From positions 1-64,000 of the forward strand of contig CAWBZV010000004.1 in assembly GCA_963793305.1 (NCBI GenBank): DNA of 64,000 nucleotides, written 5' to 3'. The notes below the pieces were generated by a model that was not told the DNA's origin, did not search any database, and worked only from the letters and a program-made list of their open reading frames with translations. Position numbers and translations under genes: made by a program. How positions within the stretch are numbered: the stretch's first letter is position 1; every line of letters starts with the position of its first letter. Below are positions 23,299 to 33,897 of this stretch, one piece after another. The DNA is from an uncultured Gemmatimonadales bacterium (GTDB taxonomy: Bacteria; Gemmatimonadota; Gemmatimonadetes; Gemmatimonadales; Gemmatimonadaceae).

Positions 23299-23775
23299 AT
23301 GAACCCGCCTGGCCACCGGTGTTTGTCGAACGACGCGACGGGTTCCTGCGCGACCTGCGGCCAAACATTCACGTACAACCTAGTCCACAACGGCTTTAAC
23401 GAGTCCGCGTACGCGTATTGTGCGACGTGCGGATTGACCGCGATCCTAAGCGGGTGGGAGCCCGACATTCCAGTGGCCGCCGGATATCGCGGACATCAGC
23501 GCATCACCGCGAGTGTCGAACCGTATCTGGCCGATTGTCCGTGCGGTGGCCGTTTCACGGCGACAGCGGGCCCACGATGTCCGCATTGTCGAGCCGAATT
23601 GTCTGCCGAAGCCGTCCGCGAATTCATTGAGCGCAATGCGCCAGGCACGCCAATGGGATGGCGCTGGCAGCTCAACTGGTCCGGTCTGTACGCGATAGTC
23701 GTGGACGGTCGTGTTGTCTGGGACAACTGGCGTCATCGCCATGGCGGCGGCGATACGACGCCCGAGCGCATCTGA
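23299..23775 (+). CDS. Hypothetical Cys-rich (Zn-ribbon-like) protein
   Basis: CATC, CATC, CPC, CPHC motifs. Confidence 0.6.
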   Translation: MNPPGHRCLSNDATGSCATCGQTFTYNLVHNGFNESAYAYCATCGLTAILSGWEPDIPVAAGYRGHQRITASVEPYLADCPCGGRFTATAGPRCPHCRAELSAEAVREFIERNAPGTPMGWRWQLNWSGLYAIVVDGRVVWDNWRHRHGGGDTTPERI

Positions 23776-24023
23776 CTTGCGTCGCGTTGAGTCCGGCCGA
23801 GTTCATTACCACTGGTCCAGCCGGCACGTGTGATGCGCAGTCACGCATCCATCCTCTGGCGACCTTGTTATCAGAATCGCTCGATTCGCAATTACGGCAG
23901 TGGCCCGTGTCGGCGTCCCCACGACTTGAGCTGGCCTGTGCCTGCCGGCCAGGCTTCTATGGCTCGAAGGAGGTAGCCGGACGCGGCATCCTGCTCGTTC
24001 AGTGCCAGGCTCGCGACACTAGT

Positions 24024-24482
24024 TCAATAAAGCGATCTCTGGACGACCAGAAATGATCTCGCAGTAGACAGATCGGAATATGCATCGAGCCAAGCCTGTT
24101 CCTCACCGACGCACGCGTGCTGCACCTCGCTCACAGTCCTGGTGTGGTCTTCATCTGCCTTGACCTCCCACCAACGGTCATTCCCACCAGGAAGCAGATG
24201 ACCAATGCGGCATCGAACGAGACAGTCCGATTCGAGAGGCTTCTCGGTCAGTCGCCCGATGCCCCCGAGATCAGCAAGGACCGAGAAGTACACACCTAGG
24301 TTGACCGTGAATCGCCCTGACGAGCCCTCGTTCCACGAACTCGCCTGCACGTTAACGACCTGCACGCAGCGCTCGAGCGACCGGCGGAATGTGCGTTTGT
24401 CTTTCTTGTAGCCGTGTTGGCGCAACGGCTCCTTGAGCGCGTCACGGGTAATGCTGTCTATCAGCAGCCCCGCTGAGCTCAT
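24024..24482 (-). CDS. DUF4304-like protein
   Basis: LRQHGYKKDKRTFRR...VVNVQASSWN...FTVNLGVYF. Confidence 0.65.
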   Translation of the reverse strand: MSSAGLLIDSITRDALKEPLRQHGYKKDKRTFRRSLERCVQVVNVQASSWNEGSSGRFTVNLGVYFSVLADLGGIGRLTEKPLESDCLVRCRIGHLLPGGNDRWWEVKADEDHTRTVSEVQHACVGEEQAWLDAYSDLSTARSFLVVQRSLY

Positions 24483-24883
24483 GCGTGCGTCGGCCACACT
24501 CGGGCGAGCACACCGGCTAGGGCTCCGATAATAGCTCCGGTGGCGGTAACCAGCACCACTGTTATCGCGAGGACGCCGATGCTCGGGATCCCATTCGGGG
24601 CACGGCCCGGGCCAATCGCCCAAGACACCGCCCAGCCAATGGTCGCTTCTACAACGGCGATGATGGCGACTCCCAGTGACGCCGCACCGACGTTCACTCG
24701 CCGGCCGATCATGAACCCGAACGCCGCATAGATCAGCCAAGAGCCGACGGTCGCATAACTGTAACGGAATCCGATCGTTCGAGACGCGACCGAAGCCAGC
24801 AGGTCAAAGACGACTATGGCTAGCGCGCCCCACGAGACCAGTCTCCACACCACGTTCGGCACCCAGTTCTTGAGAAGAAGCAA
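24479..24883 (-). CDS. Small 4-TM membrane protein
   Basis: Hydrophobic ORF; 4-bp overlap with the downstream DUF4304 gene. Confidence 0.6.
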   Translation of the reverse strand: MLLLKNWVPNVVWRLVSWGALAIVVFDLLASVASRTIGFRYSYATVGSWLIYAAFGFMIGRRVNVGAASLGVAIIAVVEATIGWAVSWAIGPGRAPNGIPSIGVLAITVVLVTATGAIIGALAGVLARVWPTHA

Positions 24884-25011
24884 TCATGCGCGCCGGAGCT
24901 GTCGACCGCCAGGCCGTCTCGCGCCTCCCTGCTACCGTTTAGCGAAGCCGCGAAGGCCAGCCAGCTGTACTGCGGAGCAGTTCCGCCTCCTGTTACGGGA
25001 AGGGTCAACGA

Positions 25012-25523
25012 ATGCGCGTCAGTGACCTGTACGACCTGCTGGCAGCCTACCGCCTTCGTTGCCTTAGCCGGGAGCGTGCCACCTTTCGTTCGTTCAATCT
25101 CTGTCGCGCCGCGGTGCTATCGTATCTGCGGTTCGCCTTCCGCGACCAGCGAGCGCTATGGCGCGAGATCACTGAGCAGATTCGGCCGGCAGCGCTGTCG
25201 GACCGCATCCACGTTGCGGGATCGAAGACACCAGCCGCCGACCGCGTGATCCCACGCATCGATTGCCCTGTCAAGCACAGCATCCATGCACGCTCATGCG
25301 CACAAGTCATAGCGCGCGTGACAAACCGACAGCACGAGCCACGCGACTTGCGGCGCAGCTACGCCCGTCTGCTAGCGGACGCCGGCATTCCCGAGTATCG
25401 TCAGGCGGCTTATATGGCCACGGCGCCCGAACAATGACCTTGCACTACCAAGTTGGGGACATTGAGCCGTTCCTCCAACGGGATGCAGCGCAACTCCGCG
25501 AGTGGATAGCCCAGAGTGAATGA
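25012..25523 (+). pseudogene. Tyrosine recombinase/integrase remnant (internal deletion, frameshift near 25417)
   Basis: GSKT...RVIP, PRDLRRSYA, YM[G]HG..MTLHY when the two frames are joined; no first catalytic Arg box. Confidence 0.7.
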
Positions 25524-25615
25524 CACTGCGTCGTTGACACCTCTAGCACGCTTGGGTTGGCGGACCGAACCATCTTGGGCTGTTCGGGCATCGGCCTGGG
25601 GGGCCGTGGCGTTCG

Positions 25616-25969
25616 GTGTCTTTCAGTTTCTCGCGCTGCCGCTCGTCATCTCCACATGACGCAACGGGCTGGCGATTTCACCCCGAGACACTAGCAACGT
25701 TGAGCCTCACGGGAGCCCTCGCGTACGTCGCGTTTCGCAGATTGACTATTGGCCTCGTCGCGCTCGGGCTTTGGGGAGTCTGGCGGTTATTCGAGCTCAC
25801 CACCTTCATCGTACGTGTACTGACCGGTCACGTGGGTTCTGATGGTCCAGCGGCATTTGCGGCATTCCTCGTTTTCGATATTCCCTCGGTATTCTGGCTC
25901 ATTGGTGCCATTGCCGCGATCAAGACTTGGCGGCGACGAGCAACCGGCGGAGCGATTCGCGACGGGTAG
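25616..25969 (+). CDS. Small membrane protein, start uncertain
   Basis: Several hydrophobic helices. Confidence 0.45.
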   Translation: MSFSFSRCRSSSPHDATGWRFHPETLATLSLTGALAYVAFRRLTIGLVALGLWGVWRLFELTTFIVRVLTGHVGSDGPAAFAAFLVFDIPSVFWLIGAIAAIKTWRRRATGGAIRDG

Positions 25970-25994
25970 GGTCCTTCGTTGAGGTTATCGTCCG

Positions 25995-26531
25995 ATGCAC
26001 TTTCTCAGTCCGAGCGAATGCCGCGACTGGTGTGGGTCTCGGCGCATTCCGTTCGATGCGCATGGCACCCCGCTTCCGCCGAATCGGGAGCGGTTCTACG
26101 TGAGGGCCCCGATACCGAGGGACTTTACGCAACTACTGCCGTTCTGTCGCACGTTCGAGGGGTTGCTCCAACCTCGCCGGGCGTGTCTACTGTGGATCAC
26201 GGAATCCGATATTTGGGATTCGAACACGAATTGGCATCTCTACTATCGATTGCGGCAATCGTATGGAGATCAGCGCCAACTGTACCACGCGCCAGGCCAT
26301 CTCTTTCTCAACGACGAGGCGCCTGACATGGTCAGCTTCGTCCAACTCGCCGCGTTGTTTGGATTCGATGCCCATCTGATCCCCGACGTGACGGGCTACG
26401 GTCGGGCATTCGTCTCACATGACGAGTTCGTCGAATTCGCAGCGAACGAGGCGAATCCAGAGCTCGTGACGGAATTCGCGGCTACTGTCGGCGGATCAGT
26501 CATCACTGGACCGCTGCCTCCATTGAATTAG
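25995..26531 (+). CDS. Hypothetical protein
   Basis: 178-aa globular-looking ORF (LLWITESDIW, APGHLF, FVSHDEF). Confidence 0.65.
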   Translation: MHFLSPSECRDWCGSRRIPFDAHGTPLPPNRERFYVRAPIPRDFTQLLPFCRTFEGLLQPRRACLLWITESDIWDSNTNWHLYYRLRQSYGDQRQLYHAPGHLFLNDEAPDMVSFVQLAALFGFDAHLIPDVTGYGRAFVSHDEFVEFAANEANPELVTEFAATVGGSVITGPLPPLN

Positions 26532-26637
26532 CACGAACCTGCTGCCGTGCGGCCTCTCAGAGACTGAGGCCGATGCTTCGACGCCATGGGAAGTACGGTC
26601 GTGTGGCGATGTATCGTCATGAAGTGACATCACGATC

Positions 26638-27384
26638 TCAGAATAGGGAGACGAAGTACCAGTGCGGCAGCTGCGGTGAGATCTCCCGAATATCAGAGTG
26701 GAGGAGGACAGAAGTCGGCGGTGTGTCGCCGGCGACGTACACGTAACCCGAGGCATGGCCGAGCAGGCCGCGGAACGTGTAGAACAGCACGACGAGCGAA
26801 TCGCCGTAGCCACGTACCGCGATCGACCCATCGGATGACAGGCTGCGCCAACGCATCGGGAGCGCCACATCGCCGCCGCGGCCGGCGATCTCCCCCTTTT
26901 GGACCAGCGTGACAACTCGGTCGAACCCGTCACGGCGCGCGTACCAGACGGCCTGGAGGTTGATCGCGGTCCATGGCACGAGGAACCACAACGCATACCC
27001 GGCCGCGGACGCGACAACCGGCGCCAGCGCGCGCCATCGAACCGTTCGCCACAGGCGAACACCAACGGCAACAGCGAACCCTGCGCCAGCAGCCGCGCCG
27101 ATCCCGGAGACCTCCTCGATTCTGGCCGCGAGGAAGACCGTTCCCCAATCGATGATCTGCCATTGGAACGCCGTCGCCGTGAGTATCGCACCCATCAGCG
27201 CGATGACGCCGGTCGTGGCACTGCGCACTGTGCCTCGAGTCGAGCCGACGATCACGCCAGCTGTTGCCGCCAAAGCAAGGGCGGCGACGATATGCGCGTC
27301 GTCCATCACATGCGACCCCAGCGCCAAAAGCGCCGCGGCGGCGCATAGCGCCAGGGTCCGACTCATAACGACGAAGTACTTCAC
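26638..27384 (-). CDS. Hypothetical membrane protein
   Basis: Multiple TM segments and a soluble C-terminus. Confidence 0.6.
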   Translation of the reverse strand: MKYFVVMSRTLALCAAAALLALGSHVMDDAHIVAALALAATAGVIVGSTRGTVRSATTGVIALMGAILTATAFQWQIIDWGTVFLAARIEEVSGIGAAAGAGFAVAVGVRLWRTVRWRALAPVVASAAGYALWFLVPWTAINLQAVWYARRDGFDRVVTLVQKGEIAGRGGDVALPMRWRSLSSDGSIAVRGYGDSLVVLFYTFRGLLGHASGYVYVAGDTPPTSVLLHSDIREISPQLPHWYFVSLF

Positions 27385-27486
27385 GACACAAAGTATACAC
27401 TGGCATTATTCGGCTTGCCAGGTCATGAGCATCTTCGCCGCTGGCATTCCACGCCGACGCGCCAATTTACATCTCAGTTGCCAAGA

Positions 27487-28245
27487 CTAGGATTCCAGCA
27501 GCGCCCGTACCTTGTGAGCGTATCTGCGGCTCGACGTGACCACCATTCCTTTTGCCAGTACGATGTCGTACACCCCATCGAACATGGGACGAATCTCGCT
27601 GATGCAGGCACCGTTCACGATGGCCGATTTCCGCACGCGGATGAAGTGGTGTGGTGCCAGCTTCTCTTCCAGGTGTGCCAAGGTTTTCCGCAACAGGTGA
27701 CTGCCGTTTGCGGTGTGTATGCAGGCATAGTTTCCGGTGGCTTCGATCCACAAAACGTTGGAAACGGGAACAAAGAAAATCCGCTTCTTGTCATTCACCA
27801 CAAAGCGTTCCAACGGGCGGAGGCTGCGGAGGGATTGGAGCAGTGGTTCGAGACCTCGATTTGTCTCCCTGCGCTGTTCGAGGATTTCGCGTGCGTGCAT
27901 CAGCGCCTTGGCAAATCGCTCCTTATCATACGGCTTCAAGAGATAGTCAACGGCGTGCACTTCGAATGCACGAATGGCGTGCGCATCGTGAGCCGTGACA
28001 AAGATATATACGGGAGCGGGGCCGTTCACTGGCTCCACATTCTCGATGACTCCAAAACCATCCAGATCAGGCATCTGCACATCGAGAAACACGACGTTGG
28101 GATGAAGTTCGTTGATCTGCTCCACCGCGCTGATGCCGTTCGCCGCCTCGCCGATCACTTCAATGCCGTCGTGTTCGGCCAGATAGCGACGGATGCCGCG
28201 CCGGCCGATCGGTTCGTCATCGACGATGAGGACTCGCGTCGTCAT
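27487..28245 (-). CDS. LytTR-family response regulator
   Basis: VLIVDDEP, FLDVQMP, AFEVHAVDYLLKP, FIRVRKSAIVN. Confidence 0.95.
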   Translation of the reverse strand: MTTRVLIVDDEPIGRRGIRRYLAEHDGIEVIGEAANGISAVEQINELHPNVVFLDVQMPDLDGFGVIENVEPVNGPAPVYIFVTAHDAHAIRAFEVHAVDYLLKPYDKERFAKALMHAREILEQRRETNRGLEPLLQSLRSLRPLERFVVNDKKRIFFVPVSNVLWIEATGNYACIHTANGSHLLRKTLAHLEEKLAPHHFIRVRKSAIVNGACISEIRPMFDGVYDIVLAKGMVVTSSRRYAHKVRALLES

Positions 28246-29332
28246 GAGAACTCCTCAGTGGAAAGGTAATGATGGCCTCGCAGCCTCGACCGTCGCCCCC
28301 GGTCAGTGCCAGCGAGGACTCGTCCCCGTAGAGCTGTTTCAAGCGTGACTGGACATTGGTGAGTCCGACGCCGAATCGCAGGCGCGATCCCGGTGCCGGA
28401 CCCGGGCCATCATCGCGGACGCACAGCCAAACGCTGCCGTGGTGGAGTTTGGCCGATATCTCTATCCGACCTGCGGCGGAGTCGACGCTGATGCCGTGTT
28501 TGATGGCATTCTCAACCAGTGGCTGAAGCGCCAGACTCGGTACATAGACGTCGAGAAGGTCAGGTGGTACGTGCATGTGAACTTTCAAGCGGTCATGAAA
28601 GCGAGTCAGTTCGATCTCCAGATACTTGCCGACGAACTCGAGCTCGCTCCGCAAGGTGATCTCGTTCTCCCGCCGTTCGAGGGCCATGCGCAGCAAGTCG
28701 CCGAGGCTGACGAGCAGATGGCCCGCAGCATTGACGTCCTCCTGCATCAGGATTCCAATGGTATGAAGACTGTTGAACAAAAAGTGCGGATGTAATTGGC
28801 TCTTCAGGTTCTCCAGTTCGGCATGGGAGAGCTGCGTCTGCAGTTGCGCCGCTCGAGTTTGGCGCTCCATAGCAGCCTGGTAAAAGTGGATCGACTGATA
28901 CAGTCCCACGACTACCCAGTACGTCAGTATGCCAGTGACGCTCAACGTTAAAACACTGACTGCGAACGTCGGGAGAAGGCGCAGCACCACAGGATCAGTG
29001 AGGCGAAGCACTGACAGCACAAGTCCGCGGCTCAGCAGGTACTCGGTGACAGATGCCAGGGGAGCCATCACGAGCGACGTGACTGTGTGGATCGCTATAT
29101 GAGGTACAATCCTCGGCCCAGTCAACGGGAACCGTTTGGCCATCCCAATCACAAGCGGGGTGTACGCCGCCCATACGTACCAGTAGAGAAGTTCGACCGC
29201 GCTCACGAGCGCCCAGCTGACGTGGAGACCCCCTACCGTCAGCAGCGCGATCGTGCGTACAGCAAACAACAGCCCTACAATGGTCCACCCACACAGGACC
29301 AAAATCCATTTCATCCGTCCTACACCTGGCAT
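28217..29332 (-). CDS. LytS/YehU-family sensor histidine kinase
   Basis: [37 protein letters not shown]. Confidence 0.9.
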   Translation of the reverse strand: MPGVGRMKWILVLCGWTIVGLLFAVRTIALLTVGGLHVSWALVSAVELLYWYVWAAYTPLVIGMAKRFPLTGPRIVPHIAIHTVTSLVMAPLASVTEYLLSRGLVLSVLRLTDPVVLRLLPTFAVSVLTLSVTGILTYWVVVGLYQSIHFYQAAMERQTRAAQLQTQLSHAELENLKSQLHPHFLFNSLHTIGILMQEDVNAAGHLLVSLGDLLRMALERRENEITLRSELEFVGKYLEIELTRFHDRLKVHMHVPPDLLDVYVPSLALQPLVENAIKHGISVDSAAGRIEISAKLHHGSVWLCVRDDGPGPAPGSRLRFGVGLTNVQSRLKQLYGDESSLALTGGDGRGCEAIITFPLRSSHDDASPHRR

Positions 29333-29558
29333 GGCCTGTAACACTGTGGGTGTCGACCCTCCGGCACGGATCATAGCTGAAGCTTCCGTGGCAACAGTAC
29401 TTGACGGCCAACTCCGACCGCTTGTCTCACAGCGGACACCGCATGTCACTTTTCCTGCAAAGACTGGTTTGTCGCGATATATACTCCGCGAGCAGGAGCA
29501 TTGCCAAGACGTATCGGGGTTGGAACGACGCTGTAGCCCACAGGGCTTACAAGAGGAG

Positions 29559-30101
29559 ATGAAGCGAATGAAATCGACATTGGCGACTTACATGAATCTG
29601 CGCGGCCGCATGCTGGTCTCCACGGTGCTGGCGGTCATCGCAACGGCTACAGCCGGGGCGCAAAGTGCTCCTGCCGTCAGTCCGGCAGAAGCGCGAAAAG
29701 CGATTCAACTCGGTTACGCCGAGTGGACGAAAGCGCGAGTCGCGCTGGACATGAACACGATCGAGCGGATGCTGGCTCCGGATTTCTACTTCCAAACTCC
29801 CGAAAAAACGGTGACGCGGAAGGAGTTTATCGAAAGCGTGCCTTCACTCAGGATAACGCGATTTGACGGCAGCGTGCTCACGGTCGAACCCAAAGGCAAC
29901 GACTGGTCGGTAGTCGTATTTGAGAAGGGAGAGGTCGAGACCAAGGACAAGGATGGCAAACCGAGCAAGGTCTACATCGTGCTGGTTGCACGGGATGGCT
30001 GGAGAAAATCGAACGACAATCAATGGACCCTCCTATCCTCCGAGCCGCTGGATCAGCAACCGATGGCAAAGAACGAGATGCCGGCGATCGCAAACTGGTA
30101 A
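29559..30101 (+). CDS. Secreted NTF2-like (DUF4440-like) protein
   Basis: SD GAGGAG, signal-like segment, ERMLAPDF...TRKEFI. Confidence 0.65.
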   Translation: MKRMKSTLATYMNLRGRMLVSTVLAVIATATAGAQSAPAVSPAEARKAIQLGYAEWTKARVALDMNTIERMLAPDFYFQTPEKTVTRKEFIESVPSLRITRFDGSVLTVEPKGNDWSVVVFEKGEVETKDKDGKPSKVYIVLVARDGWRKSNDNQWTLLSSEPLDQQPMAKNEMPAIANW

Positions 30102-30225
30102 CCAGATGAGATCCTGTGATATTCGCTGACTGTACGCGCGTCACGCTCCGTCAGCTCGGCCGCGAGCTTCGGGGCGCCGGCGCGGGAAGAAGCATCGCCG
30201 TGCGTCCAACGGAGCGGCTAATCGC

Positions 30226-32745
30226 ATGACTGAGCATTTGTTCTCCGATCTGCGGTACGCGGTTCGCATCCTGCTGAGATCTCCGGGTTTTTCGTTCATT
30301 GTCATCGCCACCCTGGCGCTCGGCATCGGAGCCACAACGGCGATCTATAGCGTCATCGACGCCACGCTGCTGCACCCGTTGCCGTACCCACATCCCACCG
30401 AGCTCGTTCACGTCGAGGACGACCTTCGAGGTACGGGCGAGACGGACGTGGGCATCTCCATCCCCGAGTTCCGAGACCTCGAGAGCTCCGGGATCTTCCA
30501 GTCCGTGGCGCTTGCCAGCCCCGGCGCAAGCACGAACCTCACCGGCGGTCAGCAGCCCGAGCGTCTCAGCTTCAAGATTGTTACGCCAAATTACTTCTCG
30601 GCCCTCGGTGTCAGCGCCCAGTTGGGTCATGCATTCGATCCGCGCGATGCCACGCCCGGCTTCAACCTGCAGGTCGTGATCAGCGATGGGCTGTGGCGGA
30701 GGGAATTCGGCGCCGATCCAAACGTCATCGGGAAGACGCTGCGCCTGGACAACGACCCGTATCAGATCATCGGCGTCATGCCGCGCGGGTTTCGCGATCA
30801 GGGCGCGACCAGCGACGACCAGAATGTGGAGATGTGGTTGGGAGCGGGCTTTGCCGGCGAGCCGTTTCCGCCGCCGCAGCGCGCAATCCGTCTGGTAGGA
30901 GTCACCGCGCGCTTGAACACCGGTCTCTCGACGACGGCGGCGCAGGGGCGCCTCGATGCGCTAGTGGCATCGCTGAAAAACCAATATCCGGCCGACTATC
31001 CAACCAAGGTTGCCTGGACCGTGCAGTTGATTCCGCTCAGCGAGAGCGTGGTCGCCAACGTGCACCAATCGCTCATTCTCTTGTTCGGCGCGGTCGGCCT
31101 GGTCCTCCTCATCAGTTGTGTCAATGTCGCCAATCTGCTGCTGGCCAGGGCCAGCGCGCGTGGTCGTGAGGTCTCGGTTCGCCTGGCCTTGGGCGCGCAG
31201 CGCACGCGCCTCATCCGAGCGCTTCTGACCGAGATTCTCCTGCTGTTCCTGCTCGGCGGAATCGCCGGGTTTGCCATTCTCTTCGGCGGCCAGCGTGTCC
31301 TGCTCCGACTGGTCCCGGCGAGTCTCCCGCACTTGAACGACATCGGTGTGGGGTGGGGCGTGCTGGGATTCGCGGTGGTTGTCTCAGTCGCCGCCGGAAC
31401 GATCTGCGGGCTGGCGCCCGCCTGGCTCATGAGCCGTGCCGATTTGATCGGTACGCTTCGGCAGGAAAGCCGCGGCTCCAAGGGGTCCAAGGAACGCTCG
31501 CGCGCCCGGCAGATGCTGGTGATCGGTGAATTGGCGCTCTCTTTGGTGCTCATGGTGGCCGCGAGCTTGCTTTTGCACAGTTTTTGGGATCTGTTCAACG
31601 TGCGGCCCGGGTTCAATCCGAGCCGCGTGATGGTCGTGCAGAGTTGGGTGCCTCGGCCGAACGATTCCACGGCGGATCCCTATCACACCGCCACGCAGGA
31701 GGCGGTCTTGCTGCGCGAGATTCTGCGTCGCAGCCGAAATCTACCGGGCGTAGAAGAAGTGGCCATCGGCAGCGCGGGCGCCCTTCCGCTGGACCACAGC
31801 CGGGGCGATCTGGTGCAGCTGGTAATGATTCGCGAAGGCGTCGCGACGAAGGCCGGCGAGACTCCCGTGATCGGTGGCGCCCTCGTTTCGCCCGAATACT
31901 TCCATCTGTTGGGCATGTCGCCATTACGCGGACGTGGGTTCACCGATCAAGACCTCGAGCAGACGCCCGGGATTGCGGTCATCAATGAGGCCGCGGCTCG
32001 CACCTACTGGCCAGGCCAGGATCCGGTGGGCAAACGTGTCCACCTTCAGGACGGTGTGACCGTGAACTGGTCTGGCGCCTGGACCACGATCGTTGGTGTG
32101 ACTGGGGATGCTCGCACGGAATCCTTGGGCGAAGCGGCCGCTCCACGGATCTACCTCAGCCTGTACCAGCATGCCTTCCAAGCCAGCGTGAACCAGCCGG
32201 GCCTCCAAGGCCTGGCCGTCTTTCTTCGCGGACAACTCGATCCCCGCGCCATCCCCGCACAAGTTCGCCAGCAGATTCAGTCCGTCGACCCGGAACTGCC
32301 CGTTTTCGGTGCAGAGACCATGGATGACGTCGTCTCCGCCTCGCTCTCGGTCAGGCGATTCTCGATGGAAATGGTGGCCTTCTTTGCGGCCACGGCCTTG
32401 CTGCTCGCCGGACTTGGCATCTACGGAACCATCTCGTTTGTGGTGAACGAACAACGACATGAGTTCGCCATTCGCCTCGCGCTGGGGGGGCAGCGACGCG
32501 ATATCCTCACGATGGTCCTACGGCGGGGACTCAGTCTGGCCGCCGCTGGCGCCGCGATAGGCTTGGTTGGCGCGCTCATCGTCTCCCGCCTCATGGCCGG
32601 ACTCCTCTACGGTGTGTCGCCGACCGATCTCCCCACCTTCGCTGCCGTCACCCTCGCACTGACTGCTGTCGCGCTGGCCGCCAGTTATGTCCCGGCGCTC
32701 CGCGCCATGCACCTCGATCCCATCACCGTTCTCCAATCGGAATGA
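30226..32745 (+). CDS. ADOP-family duplicated ABC permease (MacB_PCD/FtsX x2)
   Basis: DLRYAVRILLRSPGF, ISCVNVANLLLARA, EFAIRLALG. Confidence 0.9.
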   Translation: MTEHLFSDLRYAVRILLRSPGFSFIVIATLALGIGATTAIYSVIDATLLHPLPYPHPTELVHVEDDLRGTGETDVGISIPEFRDLESSGIFQSVALASPGASTNLTGGQQPERLSFKIVTPNYFSALGVSAQLGHAFDPRDATPGFNLQVVISDGLWRREFGADPNVIGKTLRLDNDPYQIIGVMPRGFRDQGATSDDQNVEMWLGAGFAGEPFPPPQRAIRLVGVTARLNTGLSTTAAQGRLDALVASLKNQYPADYPTKVAWTVQLIPLSESVVANVHQSLILLFGAVGLVLLISCVNVANLLLARASARGREVSVRLALGAQRTRLIRALLTEILLLFLLGGIAGFAILFGGQRVLLRLVPASLPHLNDIGVGWGVLGFAVVVSVAAGTICGLAPAWLMSRADLIGTLRQESRGSKGSKERSRARQMLVIGELALSLVLMVAASLLLHSFWDLFNVRPGFNPSRVMVVQSWVPRPNDSTADPYHTATQEAVLLREILRRSRNLPGVEEVAIGSAGALPLDHSRGDLVQLVMIREGVATKAGETPVIGGALVSPEYFHLLGMSPLRGRGFTDQDLEQTPGIAVINEAAARTYWPGQDPVGKRVHLQDGVTVNWSGAWTTIVGVTGDARTESLGEAAAPRIYLSLYQHAFQASVNQPGLQGLAVFLRGQLDPRAIPAQVRQQIQSVDPELPVFGAETMDDVVSASLSVRRFSMEMVAFFAATALLLAGLGIYGTISFVVNEQRHEFAIRLALGGQRRDILTMVLRRGLSLAAAGAAIGLVGALIVSRLMAGLLYGVSPTDLPTFAAVTLALTAVALAASYVPALRAMHLDPITVLQSE

Positions 32746-32937
32746 ACTCAACGATAGGCGCCCGGCACCGGACGCCTGTCGTGTTCCCGCCGATAAGAAC
32801 TCAGGCTTACGAGCACCCGGACGGGGATGGGGCCAAGATGGTCACGGATGCGCGCGCTCTGCTGGGATCGTAGGACGCATCGTTCTTCGCGGCCACCCCT
32901 TGCATGCCGCGAACGCTTGCGTTAAATACTGAGCCAT

Positions 32938-33303
32938 ATGGTTCAGTATATGACGACCCGACTTGATACTTCGTTCGCCGCGCTCTCGGACGCCACGCGG
33001 CGTGGCGTTCTGGAGCAGCTCGGACGAGCCGACGCTTCGATCACGGACCTTGCCGAGAAGTTCCACATGACGCTCACGGGCATGAAGAAGCACGTCGGCG
33101 TTCTGGAGCAGTCGGGGTTCGTCACCACGAAGAAGATCGGGCGCGTGCGGACGTGCCAGCTGGGCCCGCGCCGATTGGAGGAAGAGACGGCGTGGCTCGA
33201 GAGGTACCGCCAGCGCTGGGACGAACGCTTCGACGAGTTGGACAAGGTTGTCGAGGAACTGACACGAAAGGAGAAGAGCGATGAACGCAAAAATCGAAAG
33301 TAA
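32938..33303 (+). CDS. ArsR-family regulator
   Basis: FAALSDATRRGVL...MKKHVGVLEQSG. Confidence 0.9.
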   Translation: MVQYMTTRLDTSFAALSDATRRGVLEQLGRADASITDLAEKFHMTLTGMKKHVGVLEQSGFVTTKKIGRVRTCQLGPRRLEEETAWLERYRQRWDERFDELDKVVEELTRKEKSDERKNRK

Positions 33304-33796
33304 GCCCGGCCCCGTGAAGAACCGCACGACGGTGGAACGGAAGTCGGACCGCGAGGTGGTTGTCACGCGGACCATCAACGGCCCGGCGCGCATCGTGTTC
33401 GAGGCATTTACCAACGCCGAGCTGCTCAAGCGTTGGTGGGTGCCCAAGTCGGTGGGAATGACCCTGCTGTCCTGCGAGGTGGATGCTCGTGTCGGAGGCA
33501 AGTACCGATTGGTATTCGATCACGACCCCGAGCCTGCCGCGTTTTTCGGCACGTATGTCGAAGTGAAGCCGTATTCGCGCCTCGCGTGGACCAATGACGA
33601 AGGTGGCGAGGGCGGGCCTGTCACCACGGTGACCTTCGAGGAACAGGGCGGCAAGACGCTGGTGGTCCTGCGCGAGAGCCATCCTTCGAAGGAAGCGCTC
33701 GACGCTGCCGGCACCGGAGCAGCCGATGCAATGGTCGAGACGTTCGATCAGCTGGACGAGCTTCTCGTCGCCCTGGGTGAGAGCTCGGGACAGTAA
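33281..33796 (+). CDS. SRPBCC/AHSA1-like protein
   Basis: VVTRTINGPARIVFEAFT...LKRWW...DARVGGKYR; typical pairing with ArsR. Confidence 0.85.
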   Translation: MNAKIESKPGPVKNRTTVERKSDREVVVTRTINGPARIVFEAFTNAELLKRWWVPKSVGMTLLSCEVDARVGGKYRLVFDHDPEPAAFFGTYVEVKPYSRLAWTNDEGGEGGPVTTVTFEEQGGKTLVVLRESHPSKEALDAAGTGAADAMVETFDQLDELLVALGESSGQ

Positions 33797-33897
33797 CAGC
33801 GACGTGGATCTCGCGGTCGGTCGTCCGATAGTCCCGGCTCACACTGGCCGGGGCTATCGGGTCCTACGGTACGTCGTACGTCCCTATCAAAACGGAC

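Noticed and set aside
24884..25010. Possible attC site
   Set aside because: No clear paired R/L boxes; similarity is too weak to call by eye.
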